Assembly: GCA_963771075.1 (NCBI GenBank)
Contig: CAVYSE010000003.1
Coordinates: forward strand, 1 to 64,000
Reading direction: 5' to 3'
From: a candidate division FCPU426 bacterium
GTDB lineage: Bacteria > Oederibacteriota > Muellerivitia > Muellerivitales > Muellerivitaceae
Length of the DNA stretch: 64,000 nt
Shown here: piece after piece, positions 29,817 to 39,332 of the stretch
Position numbering within the stretch: the stretch's first letter is position 1
How the letters are laid out: each line of letters starts with the position of its first letter
Made by a program: the position numbers and the translations under genes
Notes under the pieces: generated by a model
What the model saw: only the letters and a program-made list of their open reading frames with translations
Told to the model about the DNA's origin: nothing
Database searches by the model: none

Positions 29817-30482
29817 TCAATCGCTGGTGAACCGAGAATAAAGCTTTTGTTTTCGCAACCTGGCGCGGATGAGTTGAAAGGCTTTATCCAATTTTTCGCG
29901 GTTACCGGGAAGATAAGGCCATGGACTGGCTCCGGAAGGATGGGGAATGGGAATCACGTAGGCCTCCCCACCCGGAAGTTTCAACCGGTATTCCTTTCCG
30001 ATCGCCTCGGAAAAGGGTTGCGGCCCCATCACCTGTTCGATGGCCATGCCGCCGATGGGAACAACCACTGTCGGAGCCAACAGGGTTAAGGCTTCCCGAA
30101 GATAAGGGGAACAATTCTGAATCTCCCGCGGCGAGGGTTTTCGGTCGCCCTTTCCGTGGGACGCCTTTCCTGGATAGCATTTGGTAACCGCGGTGATATA
30201 AGCGTGGAGGCGTATTTTATCCTCAGTCATTCCGATGGCGGAAAACCATTGGAACAAACGCTTCCCCGCGGTCCAGGCGAAATTCTTTTGGGCGGCGGGT
30301 TCCTTGATTCCCGGGGCTTGGCCCAGTAAAAAAAGTCCTCCCTTCAAAGCCGAACCGGTGCCCGCAACGGGACAGTTACCCCCACTCGGGAAACAAAGGG
30401 AACAAGAGCGAATCCGTCCATGCAAGAGGTTTAATCGCCATGCTAGGGATTTCTTAGGTTTACTTGGGGTCTTTTCCTTCAT
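29817..30482 (-). CDS. uracil-DNA glycosylase superfamily protein
   Basis: CSLC, GQAPG, KCYPG, HPSG motifs. Confidence 0.88.
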   Translation of the reverse strand: MKEKTPSKPKKSLAWRLNLLHGRIRSCSLCFPSGGNCPVAGTGSALKGGLFLLGQAPGIKEPAAQKNFAWTAGKRLFQWFSAIGMTEDKIRLHAYITAVTKCYPGKASHGKGDRKPSPREIQNCSPYLREALTLLAPTVVVPIGGMAIEQVMGPQPFSEAIGKEYRLKLPGGEAYVIPIPHPSGASPWPYLPGNREKLDKAFQLIRARLRKQKLYSRFTSD

Positions 30483-31560
30483 CGTCCCCCTCCCCGTGAG
30501 GCGCTTGCGGCTCGGGCGAGGATGAGGAAAGGGTTGAGGCGGGCGCATTGGTCCCGTCTCCAGGTATTTCCTCGGGTTTTTCCGTCGATGTCGAATACTG
30601 TTTGGCCGCTTCCGGATCCAATTCTTTTAGTTCCCCCAAGGCCATGACTAGATTGTCTTTGTGAAAAGAGGGATCAATGGCATTCGACTTGTAAAAAGCG
30701 TCCACGGCTTTTTTCAGCGTTTCCTCGTCGCCTTTTCCCGAGTCATAAAACATCCAATACCCATAACCTAGGTTGTTCAGGTAAACCTTTTCATTGGGTT
30801 GATTTTTCACCGCTTCCTCGAAAAATGGAATGGATTCATGGGGACGCCTTGCGTCCAGTAGTACCAGACCCTGGAGATTAGCGGCGTTGCCTTTGGAGAC
30901 CGCCGAACGCGCCACGAGCCCTGCTTTTTTGAAAATCTTCAGCGCTAGGTCAAACTGACCCTGGACTTGGAACTTATTTCCCAGGGCCGCCAAGGACTTA
31001 TAGCTTAACCCCTCCAGCTTCGGTTCCGCCGAGGGTGTGACCTGCGCATAACTATCTTCCCGGGCTTGGGCCCCCTTGGCTAGCTCGACCAAATCCGTAT
31101 CCCCTCCCGTTTCCAGGTTGACAATCGCCATTTTGAGATCCGGCAGGCCTCCCAAGCCATACTCGTAAAGGCGGTAGCTTGCGACGCCCAAATTTTTTTC
31201 CGCTGTCTTATTCGTCCCGTCTACCTTGACGGCTTGGATTAAAACCGATTGAGCCGATCGCCACTTTTTCTGTTTTAAAAGCGCCCACCCCTGAGAGTTC
31301 AACGCCTGGCTTTTGGATTTATCATTTAATGCCAAAGATGCCGCTATCGAGTAACTCTCTGCCGCCGAGGCCCATTTCCGCTCCTTGATGTCCTGGTTCC
31401 CGGACTTGTAGGCCTCCTTGAAATTCCTAAAGTGAGCCGATCCGTTGGAAGGGGATGGGGCCTCCGCGCTTGTGGACGCATCGGGAGTCGAGGTTTGGGC
31501 CTCCGTCCAGCCAGCAATCATCAACAAAAAAGCCAAACCGATCCAACCCTTGTTATCCAT
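30460..31560 (-). CDS. secreted TPR protein
   Basis: Signal peptide; TPR motifs (ALNSQGWALL, YLNNLGYGY). Confidence 0.8.
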   Translation of the reverse strand: MDNKGWIGLAFLLMIAGWTEAQTSTPDASTSAEAPSPSNGSAHFRNFKEAYKSGNQDIKERKWASAAESYSIAASLALNDKSKSQALNSQGWALLKQKKWRSAQSVLIQAVKVDGTNKTAEKNLGVASYRLYEYGLGGLPDLKMAIVNLETGGDTDLVELAKGAQAREDSYAQVTPSAEPKLEGLSYKSLAALGNKFQVQGQFDLALKIFKKAGLVARSAVSKGNAANLQGLVLLDARRPHESIPFFEEAVKNQPNEKVYLNNLGYGYWMFYDSGKGDEETLKKAVDAFYKSNAIDPSFHKDNLVMALGELKELDPEAAKQYSTSTEKPEEIPGDGTNAPASTLSSSSPEPQAPHGEGDDEGKDPK

Positions 31561-31727
31561 AAAATCCTCCCAGGGTAAAAAAACAGGCTTATTCTACTTC
31601 CCCCTTGGATTACCCACCACCTTTTCGACTTCTTCCGAAAGCGTGGTTCGCTTAATCATCTATAATTATTTCAATTTCTCGGATAATTCGGCAAAATACC
31701 CGTTCATCAAACAAAAGAAAGGCCGTC

Positions 31728-32768
31728 ATGTTCTCCAAGAAATTGATCTGGTTTGGTTTTGGGTTTATGGCCGTGATGTTTTTTTTACTTTTGCGCCACA
31801 TCGATTGGCCTAAATTGGGAGAAGCATTCACCCAGTTTAATTTCCTCTGGCTCCTTCCCGCCCTTGGGATCTATCTCCTGGGTTATGTTATTCGCGGTTT
31901 TCGCTGGGTAATCCTTCTTTCACCCATAAAAAAGTGTACCTACCGGAACCTATTTCCCACCCTAATCATCGGTTTTATGGCAAACAACCTTCTCCCTGCG
32001 AGAGCGGGGGAATTTGTACGCGCCTATTTGAACGGCAGCAAGGAAAATATCAGCCGGAGCGCGTCCCTCGCCACTATCGTCGTGGAGCGTATCTTTGACG
32101 GGCTGACCATGCTGATCATCCTCTGGGCGGCACTCGCGTTCGGTCACTTGCCTATCCGCGCCGAAAACTTGGACCCCAACCTTCAATCGGCCATTCATAA
32201 ATGCCCCTATGTTTTCGGTTTTGCCTTTATCTTTTTATTCATTATGTTACTGCTCAAGGAAAAAGCGGTTTCGGTGGCGGGTTTTTTTACCCGTTTACTT
32301 CCAAGCAAAATCCAGGGGCCACTCGATAAGATATTCCAGACATTTTTTGACGGGCTAAAAATATTGAAAAACGCCAGGGAATCCCTCGCCGTCCTCGCCG
32401 CTTCCCTTGCCGCCTGGACCTGCGAATTCACGAGTTATTACCTGGTGGCCTTGGGCATGGGTCATTCCCTTTCCGCCCTTTCACTTGGATCCGCCGCTCT
32501 CCTTATGGCCATTGCCAATATTGCCATTCTTATTCCCAATGCCCCGGGCGGTTTCGGACTTTTCGAGTTTGTGGGGGTGGTGCTTCTCACTCCCTTTGGC
32601 ATTCCAAAGGAGCTTGCCCTGGGTTACATTCTCATCGTTCACATTCTGGTGGTTTGGATGCCCATTAATCTCCTGGGGTTTTATTACATGGGCCGAGAAC
32701 ACCTGAGCCTTCAAAAGCTTAAGAAAAGCCGGGAAGAAGAACTCTCTTTGCAAAGGACCCGTACATGA
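31728..32768 (+). CDS. lysylphosphatidylglycerol-synthase TM domain / flippase-like (UPF0104) protein
   Basis: RGFRW, NNLLPARAGEFVR, ERIFD, PGGFGLFE. Confidence 0.88.
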   Translation: MFSKKLIWFGFGFMAVMFFLLLRHIDWPKLGEAFTQFNFLWLLPALGIYLLGYVIRGFRWVILLSPIKKCTYRNLFPTLIIGFMANNLLPARAGEFVRAYLNGSKENISRSASLATIVVERIFDGLTMLIILWAALAFGHLPIRAENLDPNLQSAIHKCPYVFGFAFIFLFIMLLLKEKAVSVAGFFTRLLPSKIQGPLDKIFQTFFDGLKILKNARESLAVLAASLAAWTCEFTSYYLVALGMGHSLSALSLGSAALLMAIANIAILIPNAPGGFGLFEFVGVVLLTPFGIPKELALGYILIVHILVVWMPINLLGFYYMGREHLSLQKLKKSREEELSLQRTRT

Positions 32769-34081
32769 AAGTCGCCATCGTCGGGGCGGGGGTTGCGGGT
32801 CTTACCGCAGCCTACCGGCTAGCCCTAAAGGGCCATGAGGTTGAGGTTTTCGAGGCCTCGGATCACGTGGGAGGCTTGGCTGCGGGTTTCCCGATTGCGG
32901 GAACCACCTTGGAAAAGTATTACCATCATATATTCACGAGTGACACCCAGATCCGGGCGCTGGTGGATGAATTGGGCGTTCGGGAAAGCCTCCACTGGCT
33001 TCCCAGCCAGATGGGCCTTTCCTACCAGGGCAAACTCTATCAATTCGGGACCCCATCCCAAATTCTGAAACTGCCCCTTCTTCCTTATTGGGAGAGAATT
33101 TGGTTTGGTCTTCAGGGTCTTTATTTGGGGTTAAAAAATAATTGGAAACCATTGGAATCTATTACCGCCTATGAATGGCTCAAAAAACACACCGGCCCCG
33201 CCGTGATGAAGATCCTCTGGGAGCCCCTTTTAAGAAATAAATTCAATCGATACTACGACCAGGTGGCCATGGCTTGGTTCTGGGCCCGGGTTCATACCCG
33301 CTTCTCTTCCCGTAAGGGCGCCAAGGAAACCTTGGGTTATTTCAAGGGTGGTTTCGAGGTCTTTCACCAGGCCCTCGCCGAGGGTGCCCGGAAAGCCGGG
33401 GCAAAAATACACCTGATTACCCCCATCCAAAAAATTCTGGCCCAAAAGGGCGAATTCAAGGGACTCGTGACCGAAAAGGGGGAGAAATCCTTTGACCGGC
33501 TGATTTTCGCGGCCGCCACGCCCATCTTCCTGAAAACCTGTCCTGAACTTCCAAAAGATTACGTCCAACGCCTTACCCAACTGGATTTTCTGGGGGCACA
33601 ATGTCTGATCCTTGTTATGAAGGAAAAATTCAGCGATATGTACTGGATTAACAATGGGGATGCGGGAAACCCCATCCTGGCCCTGATCGAACACACCAAT
33701 TTCGCCCCCCTGGAATGGTACCAAGGCAAGCATCTGATGTACGTGGCCAACTACCTGCCCCAGGACCACAAGTATTTCAAAATGAAAAAAGAGGATATTT
33801 TCGCCGAATTGCTGCCCCATCTTCAAAGCATCAAGCCTGGATTCGATCCCTCCGTTATCGAGGAGATCCATTTGTTCCAGGATCTCTTTGCCCAACCCGT
33901 CGTCCCTCTCCATTACAGCGAATTAAAACCAGGTTACCAGACCCCCATCCAGAATTTATACCTAGCCAACATGGCCTTGGTTTACCCGGAGGACCGGGGC
34001 ACCAATTTTGCCGTGGATGTGGGAAACAAGGCCGCCCGGTTGGTGGATACCACCGTGGAAATACCGGCCTTTCGGGACTAA
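32765..34081 (+). CDS. FAD-dependent oxidoreductase (protoporphyrinogen/amine oxidase-like)
   Basis: GAGVAGL, LEKYYHHIF, YPEDRG. Confidence 0.88.
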   Translation: MKVAIVGAGVAGLTAAYRLALKGHEVEVFEASDHVGGLAAGFPIAGTTLEKYYHHIFTSDTQIRALVDELGVRESLHWLPSQMGLSYQGKLYQFGTPSQILKLPLLPYWERIWFGLQGLYLGLKNNWKPLESITAYEWLKKHTGPAVMKILWEPLLRNKFNRYYDQVAMAWFWARVHTRFSSRKGAKETLGYFKGGFEVFHQALAEGARKAGAKIHLITPIQKILAQKGEFKGLVTEKGEKSFDRLIFAAATPIFLKTCPELPKDYVQRLTQLDFLGAQCLILVMKEKFSDMYWINNGDAGNPILALIEHTNFAPLEWYQGKHLMYVANYLPQDHKYFKMKKEDIFAELLPHLQSIKPGFDPSVIEEIHLFQDLFAQPVVPLHYSELKPGYQTPIQNLYLANMALVYPEDRGTNFAVDVGNKAARLVDTTVEIPAFRD

Positions 34082-34151
34082 GGTCGGGTTTTGTTTCCTG
34101 CCCTTCCCCGCGCGTGGTAAACTTTCAAAGTTTCAAAACCAAGGAGTGATT

Positions 34152-34847
34152 ATGCCCAAGCTTTCTTCCCTTTCCATTTTTTTCCCTTGTTACAACGAGG
34201 AAGCCAATGTTGAGAGAATGATTCGACAGGCACAGGGAATCTTGCCGGAGGTTGCCGTCGAATGGGAAATCATTCCCGTCAACGACGGCAGCAAGGATAA
34301 GACCGGCGAAATTATCGACCGTCTCGCTAAAGAAGATCCCCACGTTCACCCGGTCCATCACGAAAAAAACAAGGGTTATGGAGGCGCGGTGATATCCGGT
34401 TACAACGCGTCTCGTTTTGATTACCTTTTTTTCACGGATGGGGATCTGCAATTCGACCTGAGGGAAATCACGCTTTTGATCGAAAAAATTGACGAAGGGG
34501 ATTTGATCCTGGGTTACCGAAAAAATCGCCAGGATCCGGCGCTCCGAAAGTTAAATGCCTTTATGTGGGGATCTTTGGTGAAATTGCTTTTTGGTTTTAA
34601 GGTGAGGGATGTGGACTGCGCCTTTAAACTGATGAAACGTCGGGTCAAGGACAAAGTGGAATTGACCGCGGGGGGGGCCATGGTTTCCACCGAACTTCTG
34701 GCCCGCTCTCATAAGGAAAAATTCAGGTTCGTGGAAGTCGGGGTGACGCACTATCCTCGCACCGCGGGAACCCAAACCGGAGCGAAATTATCGGTCATCC
34801 TGCGGGCTTTCAAGGAACTCTTCAAGCTTTACAATCGGTTGAAGTAA
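34152..34847 (+). CDS. glycosyltransferase family 2 (polyprenol-phosphate glycosyltransferase-like)
   Basis: PCYNEE, VNDGSKD, NKGYGGA, TDGDLQFD, DVDCAFK; AAGGAG RBS. Confidence 0.92.
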   Translation: MPKLSSLSIFFPCYNEEANVERMIRQAQGILPEVAVEWEIIPVNDGSKDKTGEIIDRLAKEDPHVHPVHHEKNKGYGGAVISGYNASRFDYLFFTDGDLQFDLREITLLIEKIDEGDLILGYRKNRQDPALRKLNAFMWGSLVKLLFGFKVRDVDCAFKLMKRRVKDKVELTAGGAMVSTELLARSHKEKFRFVEVGVTHYPRTAGTQTGAKLSVILRAFKELFKLYNRLK

Positions 34848-34869
34848 TCCACTTCTTCCACCCTAAAAT

Positions 34870-34908
34870 AAAAAAAAGCCACTCCCCGACCGGGGGCGGC
34901 TTTTTTTT
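34870..34908. terminator. bidirectional rho-independent terminator
   Basis: A8-gccactcccc-gac-cgggggcggc-T8 between convergent genes. Confidence 0.8.
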
Positions 34909-34917
34909 ATTCCCTGT

Positions 34918-35907
34918 TTAACTTTGCGCCTGTAGGAAAGATAAGTGCTGTTTGGCTTGTTGGATATAATCGGGCTGACCGGAATATTGCAGCACTTTGT
35001 GCCAGGCGTCTTCCGCGTCCTGTTTCCGTCCCAAGCGCTCGCAAGTGAGGGCAAGATCCGTGTAGATGTCCGCGTTTTGAGGGTTCAAGGTGGATGCCTT
35101 TTGGAAGGCCTGCAAGGCATCATCATTCTGGTTTTTATCAAGATAAAGATCCCCAAGGTTAAATTGGAAGTCGGCGTTGGAAGGATCCAGGCTGACCGCT
35201 TGCTGGTAAAGACTCAATGCGTCGTCATAGTTTCCCGCGTCTTGGAACATTTTTGCCAGATTATTGATGGAGTCCACATGGTTCGGATTAAATCGAAGGG
35301 ACATCTCGTACATCCGAACGGCGGCGTCATCCATGGAAAAATGGTGGTAAAGATACCCCATCGCGAAATAGGCCATCGAATAGGTGGGATCCACCTTAAG
35401 GGCCTGCTTCAGGAAGTTATAGGAAGCGCGGTAATTTTTCTGATCGAATTGGGCTTTTCCCTTGTGGTAAAAGGTCTCAGCGTCTCCCAATTGGACTTCC
35501 GAGTTTTCCTCAGCGGATTTTTCTTTCACGATAGGCGCGGAAGGTGCGGGAGTCTTGACATGGTGCGCGTGATGGCCAGTTGCGGGCGCAGGCGTCGGTT
35601 GTCCTAAAATCGGGTTTAAAACAATCTTTGCCTCTTCCGTCTCGGTAAATCGGGGAGGCCAACTCAAACGCCAATGGTCCGCTTCTTCCACGAAATAAAA
35701 ACCAATTAAAGCGATAATCGCTAGAAGGAAAAGAACATCCACGAAATCCCGGCCTAAGTCCCCAAGGCGAAAGGACCCAGCCTTGGCAGCCTCGGCGGGG
35801 GCTGTTTTTTTCTTTTCTTTATCGGACTTGGGAAGTTCAGTCCCACACTTAACGCATATTTTCGTGCCTTCGGGATTTTCCGCTCCGCAGGCCGGACACT
35901 TGATCAT
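34918..35907 (-). CDS. zinc-ribbon + TM + TPR protein
   Basis: CPACGAEN…CVKCG; one TM; about 5 TPRs. Confidence 0.85.
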   Translation of the reverse strand: MIKCPACGAENPEGTKICVKCGTELPKSDKEKKKTAPAEAAKAGSFRLGDLGRDFVDVLFLLAIIALIGFYFVEEADHWRLSWPPRFTETEEAKIVLNPILGQPTPAPATGHHAHHVKTPAPSAPIVKEKSAEENSEVQLGDAETFYHKGKAQFDQKNYRASYNFLKQALKVDPTYSMAYFAMGYLYHHFSMDDAAVRMYEMSLRFNPNHVDSINNLAKMFQDAGNYDDALSLYQQAVSLDPSNADFQFNLGDLYLDKNQNDDALQAFQKASTLNPQNADIYTDLALTCERLGRKQDAEDAWHKVLQYSGQPDYIQQAKQHLSFLQAQS

Positions 35908-36022
35908 GAACAAACCTCTTGAGGATGGAATAATAGCCATGACAGGGCTGACAACGTTTTACGACGGCCTAAAACCTTTTTACTTTAACTCCCGACGTTT
36001 GGGCCTGTCAACTTAATCCCGG

Positions 36023-37219
36023 TCAGGATGTTGAACCTTCGCGGGCTTCCGTGATTTGAGCACGTATTTTTTGGGACAATTTCTGCACTTGGTCTAAACC
36101 CTGCTGGGCCATATCAAACTTTTCGCGCACCTGCCCACCCGCACTATTGATTTTTTCCAGGAGTTGCACGAGTAACTCGTTGTCATTCCTTTGGTCGTCC
36201 AACGCCTTGGAAATTTCTCCTAACAAACCACCCGCCTTGCGGATGGATTTGACGATGTTCATGAAAACATCCCCCGCGCTGTAGACCACGTTTACATTTT
36301 CCTCAATTTTACCAGTGGTGTTGATAAGGGAAATGGCGTTTGTGGTCTTGCTTCGGATATCATCCACCAGATGTTTCACATCACCTGCCGCCTTTGCAGA
36401 GGCCTCCGCCAAAATCTTAATTTCGCCAGCCACTACCGCGAATCCCGTCCCTTGTTCCCCGGCCCGCGCCGCCTCGATCCCAGCGTTCAGGGCCAATAGG
36501 TTCGTTTTTCGTGCGATAGTCGTGATGGTCGCAAGAAAATCCCCGATTTGTTCCGAAGAAAGGTTGAGTTGTTGGATCACTTCGGCGGAGGAACCGATGG
36601 TCGCCTTGATCTCTGTCATGGCCTTGATTTCCTTGCCCACGGTTTTGATACCCTCTGTCGCTGATCGGGCCGCGGAATCCGTGTCCAAAGCAACCTTATG
36701 GCTGTCATTCACGATGATTTCGTTTAATTGAAGGAGGGACTTATTAATTCGGCCCGCTTTTTCAATGGTTGTGGACCAGTCGTGTATGACATCTTTGAAA
36801 GCATAAAACGCTTGGATGGTTTGTTCTTGTTCCCGAACCAACCGTTCTAAGGTCTCAAGAATTTCCAAGCTGGGGATGGTTTCACCCTCCGGTCGAGCAA
36901 TCGAAGACGCGTCCGACTGGTTCTTTCCCATTTCGACAATGCCCCGGGCAAAGGCCTCCATGGGGCGGGAATCCGCCGCGGATACCTCTAGAAGGCTATT
37001 CAGGCTGGGCGAGGGGTCTTGAGCACGGATACGTTCTTGCAGAAAGTTGTAAGCTTTCTCCTGGCCACGAAAAAAAGTCCAAGCTCCCAATGCCCAGAGT
37101 GCCAGCCCCGCCAGGGGGGCTGTCAACCATGGGCTAAAATAATCTTGTAACGTTCCCAATATCCCGCCCAATAAAAGCCAGAGAAACCAAAGGGGGAAAA
37201 ACAAGGAGCGTCCAATCAT
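36023..37219 (-). CDS. methyl-accepting chemotaxis protein
   Basis: IARKTNLLALNAGIEAARAGEQGTGFAVVAGEIK; two N-terminal TMs. Confidence 0.92.
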   Translation of the reverse strand: MIGRSLFFPLWFLWLLLGGILGTLQDYFSPWLTAPLAGLALWALGAWTFFRGQEKAYNFLQERIRAQDPSPSLNSLLEVSAADSRPMEAFARGIVEMGKNQSDASSIARPEGETIPSLEILETLERLVREQEQTIQAFYAFKDVIHDWSTTIEKAGRINKSLLQLNEIIVNDSHKVALDTDSAARSATEGIKTVGKEIKAMTEIKATIGSSAEVIQQLNLSSEQIGDFLATITTIARKTNLLALNAGIEAARAGEQGTGFAVVAGEIKILAEASAKAAGDVKHLVDDIRSKTTNAISLINTTGKIEENVNVVYSAGDVFMNIVKSIRKAGGLLGEISKALDDQRNDNELLVQLLEKINSAGGQVREKFDMAQQGLDQVQKLSQKIRAQITEAREGSTS

Positions 37220-37227
37220 AGATTTAT

Positions 37228-37599
37228 TTATTTTCCGTTTTGGGATTGAGTAAGATAGTTTTTTAGGGCGTCCACATCCTCTTCTTTCATGGCCAAAAAG
37301 TGGAGTCCCCCTCCGGTCTCATTGGACCAAACAACCTCCGCAAAAGCTGATACCATTTTGGCATTTTCGGGAATCGATATATCTAGTCGAAGGATGCTTC
37401 CCACATTGAGGACCTGTTCGGTAACCAGGTATAGCCCACCCAAACTCATATCCATGGTTTGGCTGGTCTGTTCGCGCTTTTTACGCTCGAAAACCGTTTC
37501 GATTTCCTTTTGATCTTCAATGACCCTGTACTTCACTGGAATCTTGACCGAAACGCGGGGATGAACCCTTTTTTCAAGAAACATATTGGCGTCAGGCAT
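37228..37599 (-). CDS. PilZ domain protein
   Basis: EKRVHPR (RxxxR) and DMSLGG (DxSxxG). Confidence 0.9.
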   Translation of the reverse strand: MPDANMFLEKRVHPRVSVKIPVKYRVIEDQKEIETVFERKKREQTSQTMDMSLGGLYLVTEQVLNVGSILRLDISIPENAKMVSAFAEVVWSNETGGGLHFLAMKEEDVDALKNYLTQSQNGK

Positions 37600-37623
37600 T
37601 ATCAAACTCCTTCGCTACAAGGC

Positions 37624-38658
37624 TCAAAAAGGCTTGAAATCCAGGCCCAAACTAAACATCAAACCCTGGGCGGGGCTTAATCCCCCGATTGCCCAGGGGA
37701 TATAAATTAGTTGGCCATCCACCGAAAATGTTTTGTCCACTTGAACTTCCATTCCATAGGTCGCAAAAGAAAGCTGGTTCGTTGTATCAAGATACCCAAG
37801 TAGGTTGGGTTGATTTCCATAACTCAAAACCTGGCCATTAAACGCCATTAATCCACTCATCCGGGTCCTAAGCTGGAAGTAAAAAGTAACCTGCCTTTGG
37901 GCTCGCTTATAAATCAAATAGCTTATCTTCCCAGAAAAAAACCAATTGTCGGGCCATTGGAATGTCCCCGCCCCAAAATAAGAAGAACTGTTGAGTGGAA
38001 CGGGGTTCGTATTTTCATAGTGTATACTTTGAAAAAAAGAAAATCCATACGCATCTTCTTCCATGACAAGCCCCAGCGCCTTACGGGCCGCGCCTTTCCC
38101 AGTCGCCAAAAGCGGGTAAACTTCATAAAAAGGGTTGGATCCAGTGGGCAAGCGGTACCAACCATCCAAACCGATATAATTTCCTTTTTCCCATTTGCCC
38201 GAAATGAGATAAGTCGCTGCAATTTCAATATCCCCGAACTTTTCCTCACTGTGGGTCCCGTTAGAGGTAACCCCCGCGCTGGTGACGGTTCCCGCGTCTT
38301 CTAAAGCGTTTCCCTCAAAAGGAACGGTGACCTTTAGGTTAACTTGATCCGTCACCCAATCATGAACTCGAAAACCGTACTCAATATCCCGCACGGAATA
38401 GGCCCTAGGAACATTCGACACCTCGCTAACCGGGTTAAAAAAACTGTCCGGAACTCCCGCATTGACCCAGTAAAAACTTGGCTTTTCTTCCCGGAAAAAA
38501 GAGATGGATGTTTCTTCGCGTGAAACCTCCGTGAGAGGAAAAAGATCAAGCTCAACCGCTTCTGCCCGGAGGGAAAGGATGGATTGAAGGAAAATTAAAA
38601 GACAAAGACGAAGAAATGCAAAAGGTTTAAAGACCAAACGGGATCTAAAGGTCTTCAC
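37624..38658 (-). CDS. putative outer-membrane beta-barrel protein (start uncertain)
   Basis: Signal-like N-terminus; FGDIE and RLPTG motifs; C-terminal LGLDFKPF. Confidence 0.6.
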   Translation of the reverse strand: MKTFRSRLVFKPFAFLRLCLLIFLQSILSLRAEAVELDLFPLTEVSREETSISFFREEKPSFYWVNAGVPDSFFNPVSEVSNVPRAYSVRDIEYGFRVHDWVTDQVNLKVTVPFEGNALEDAGTVTSAGVTSNGTHSEEKFGDIEIAATYLISGKWEKGNYIGLDGWYRLPTGSNPFYEVYPLLATGKGAARKALGLVMEEDAYGFSFFQSIHYENTNPVPLNSSSYFGAGTFQWPDNWFFSGKISYLIYKRAQRQVTFYFQLRTRMSGLMAFNGQVLSYGNQPNLLGYLDTTNQLSFATYGMEVQVDKTFSVDGQLIYIPWAIGGLSPAQGLMFSLGLDFKPF

Positions 38659-38665
38659 GTGTAAA

Positions 38666-39283
38666 TCAGAAACGCAGGGCCAGTTGAGCGCCACTCCTAG
38701 GTTTGACCTCAAATGTCAGGGAAAGATTGTTGCGGTGGTTGTAATTATTGGCCCCATTAGCGGCATCCTGAATGCCAAACCCATAAACCGCAAGGGTGGC
38801 TAAACCAATTAATTCGCCCGCATCCTCATTTTTCACTACAGCATTACCGTTATGAGATACGTCATTTGGATTGGCTCCAGCGCCATTCGCGGCGCCATTG
38901 TTGCCATTGACAAGCGACAAATTGTCGATCGTCTGCCAAAGCCCGACCCCAAAAAGACCGGCAAAAATCAATCCTCTTAAAGGGTCCTCATCATAAACCT
39001 GTCCAACGCCGGGAATCACCGTGGAAAAAATCGCCGCCGTCGTGGGGTCCTTGGGTTTAATCCCAGGAAGAGGTGTGGCAGTGGGAGACGGCATAGCTAA
39101 TGGCCTTACCTCCTGGGGTTTTGGAGTCGCCGCTTGGGGCTCATCGGACTGCTCCGTTTGTTCCACGAACGGAGGCGGGACGGGAGTAGGCGTTGAGTTG
39201 CCCCAAAAAGTAGGAGAGGCCCAAAGGAGGGTTCCAGGAAGAAAAGTTAAAAAGAATAGCCCTACCCGAAAATTTGATCTCAT
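38666..39283 (-). CDS. DUF5683/TM2-like membrane protein
   Basis: KDPTTAAIFSTVIPGVGQVY; DA…A..YN; terminal LALRF. Confidence 0.7.
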   Translation of the reverse strand: MRSNFRVGLFFLTFLPGTLLWASPTFWGNSTPTPVPPPFVEQTEQSDEPQAATPKPQEVRPLAMPSPTATPLPGIKPKDPTTAAIFSTVIPGVGQVYDEDPLRGLIFAGLFGVGLWQTIDNLSLVNGNNGAANGAGANPNDVSHNGNAVVKNEDAGELIGLATLAVYGFGIQDAANGANNYNHRNNLSLTFEVKPRSGAQLALRF

Positions 39284-39332
39284 GCGTCTAAGGTATCTTC
39301 CCTCCCTGCCCCTGTCAAGAAATCGGCAAGGA

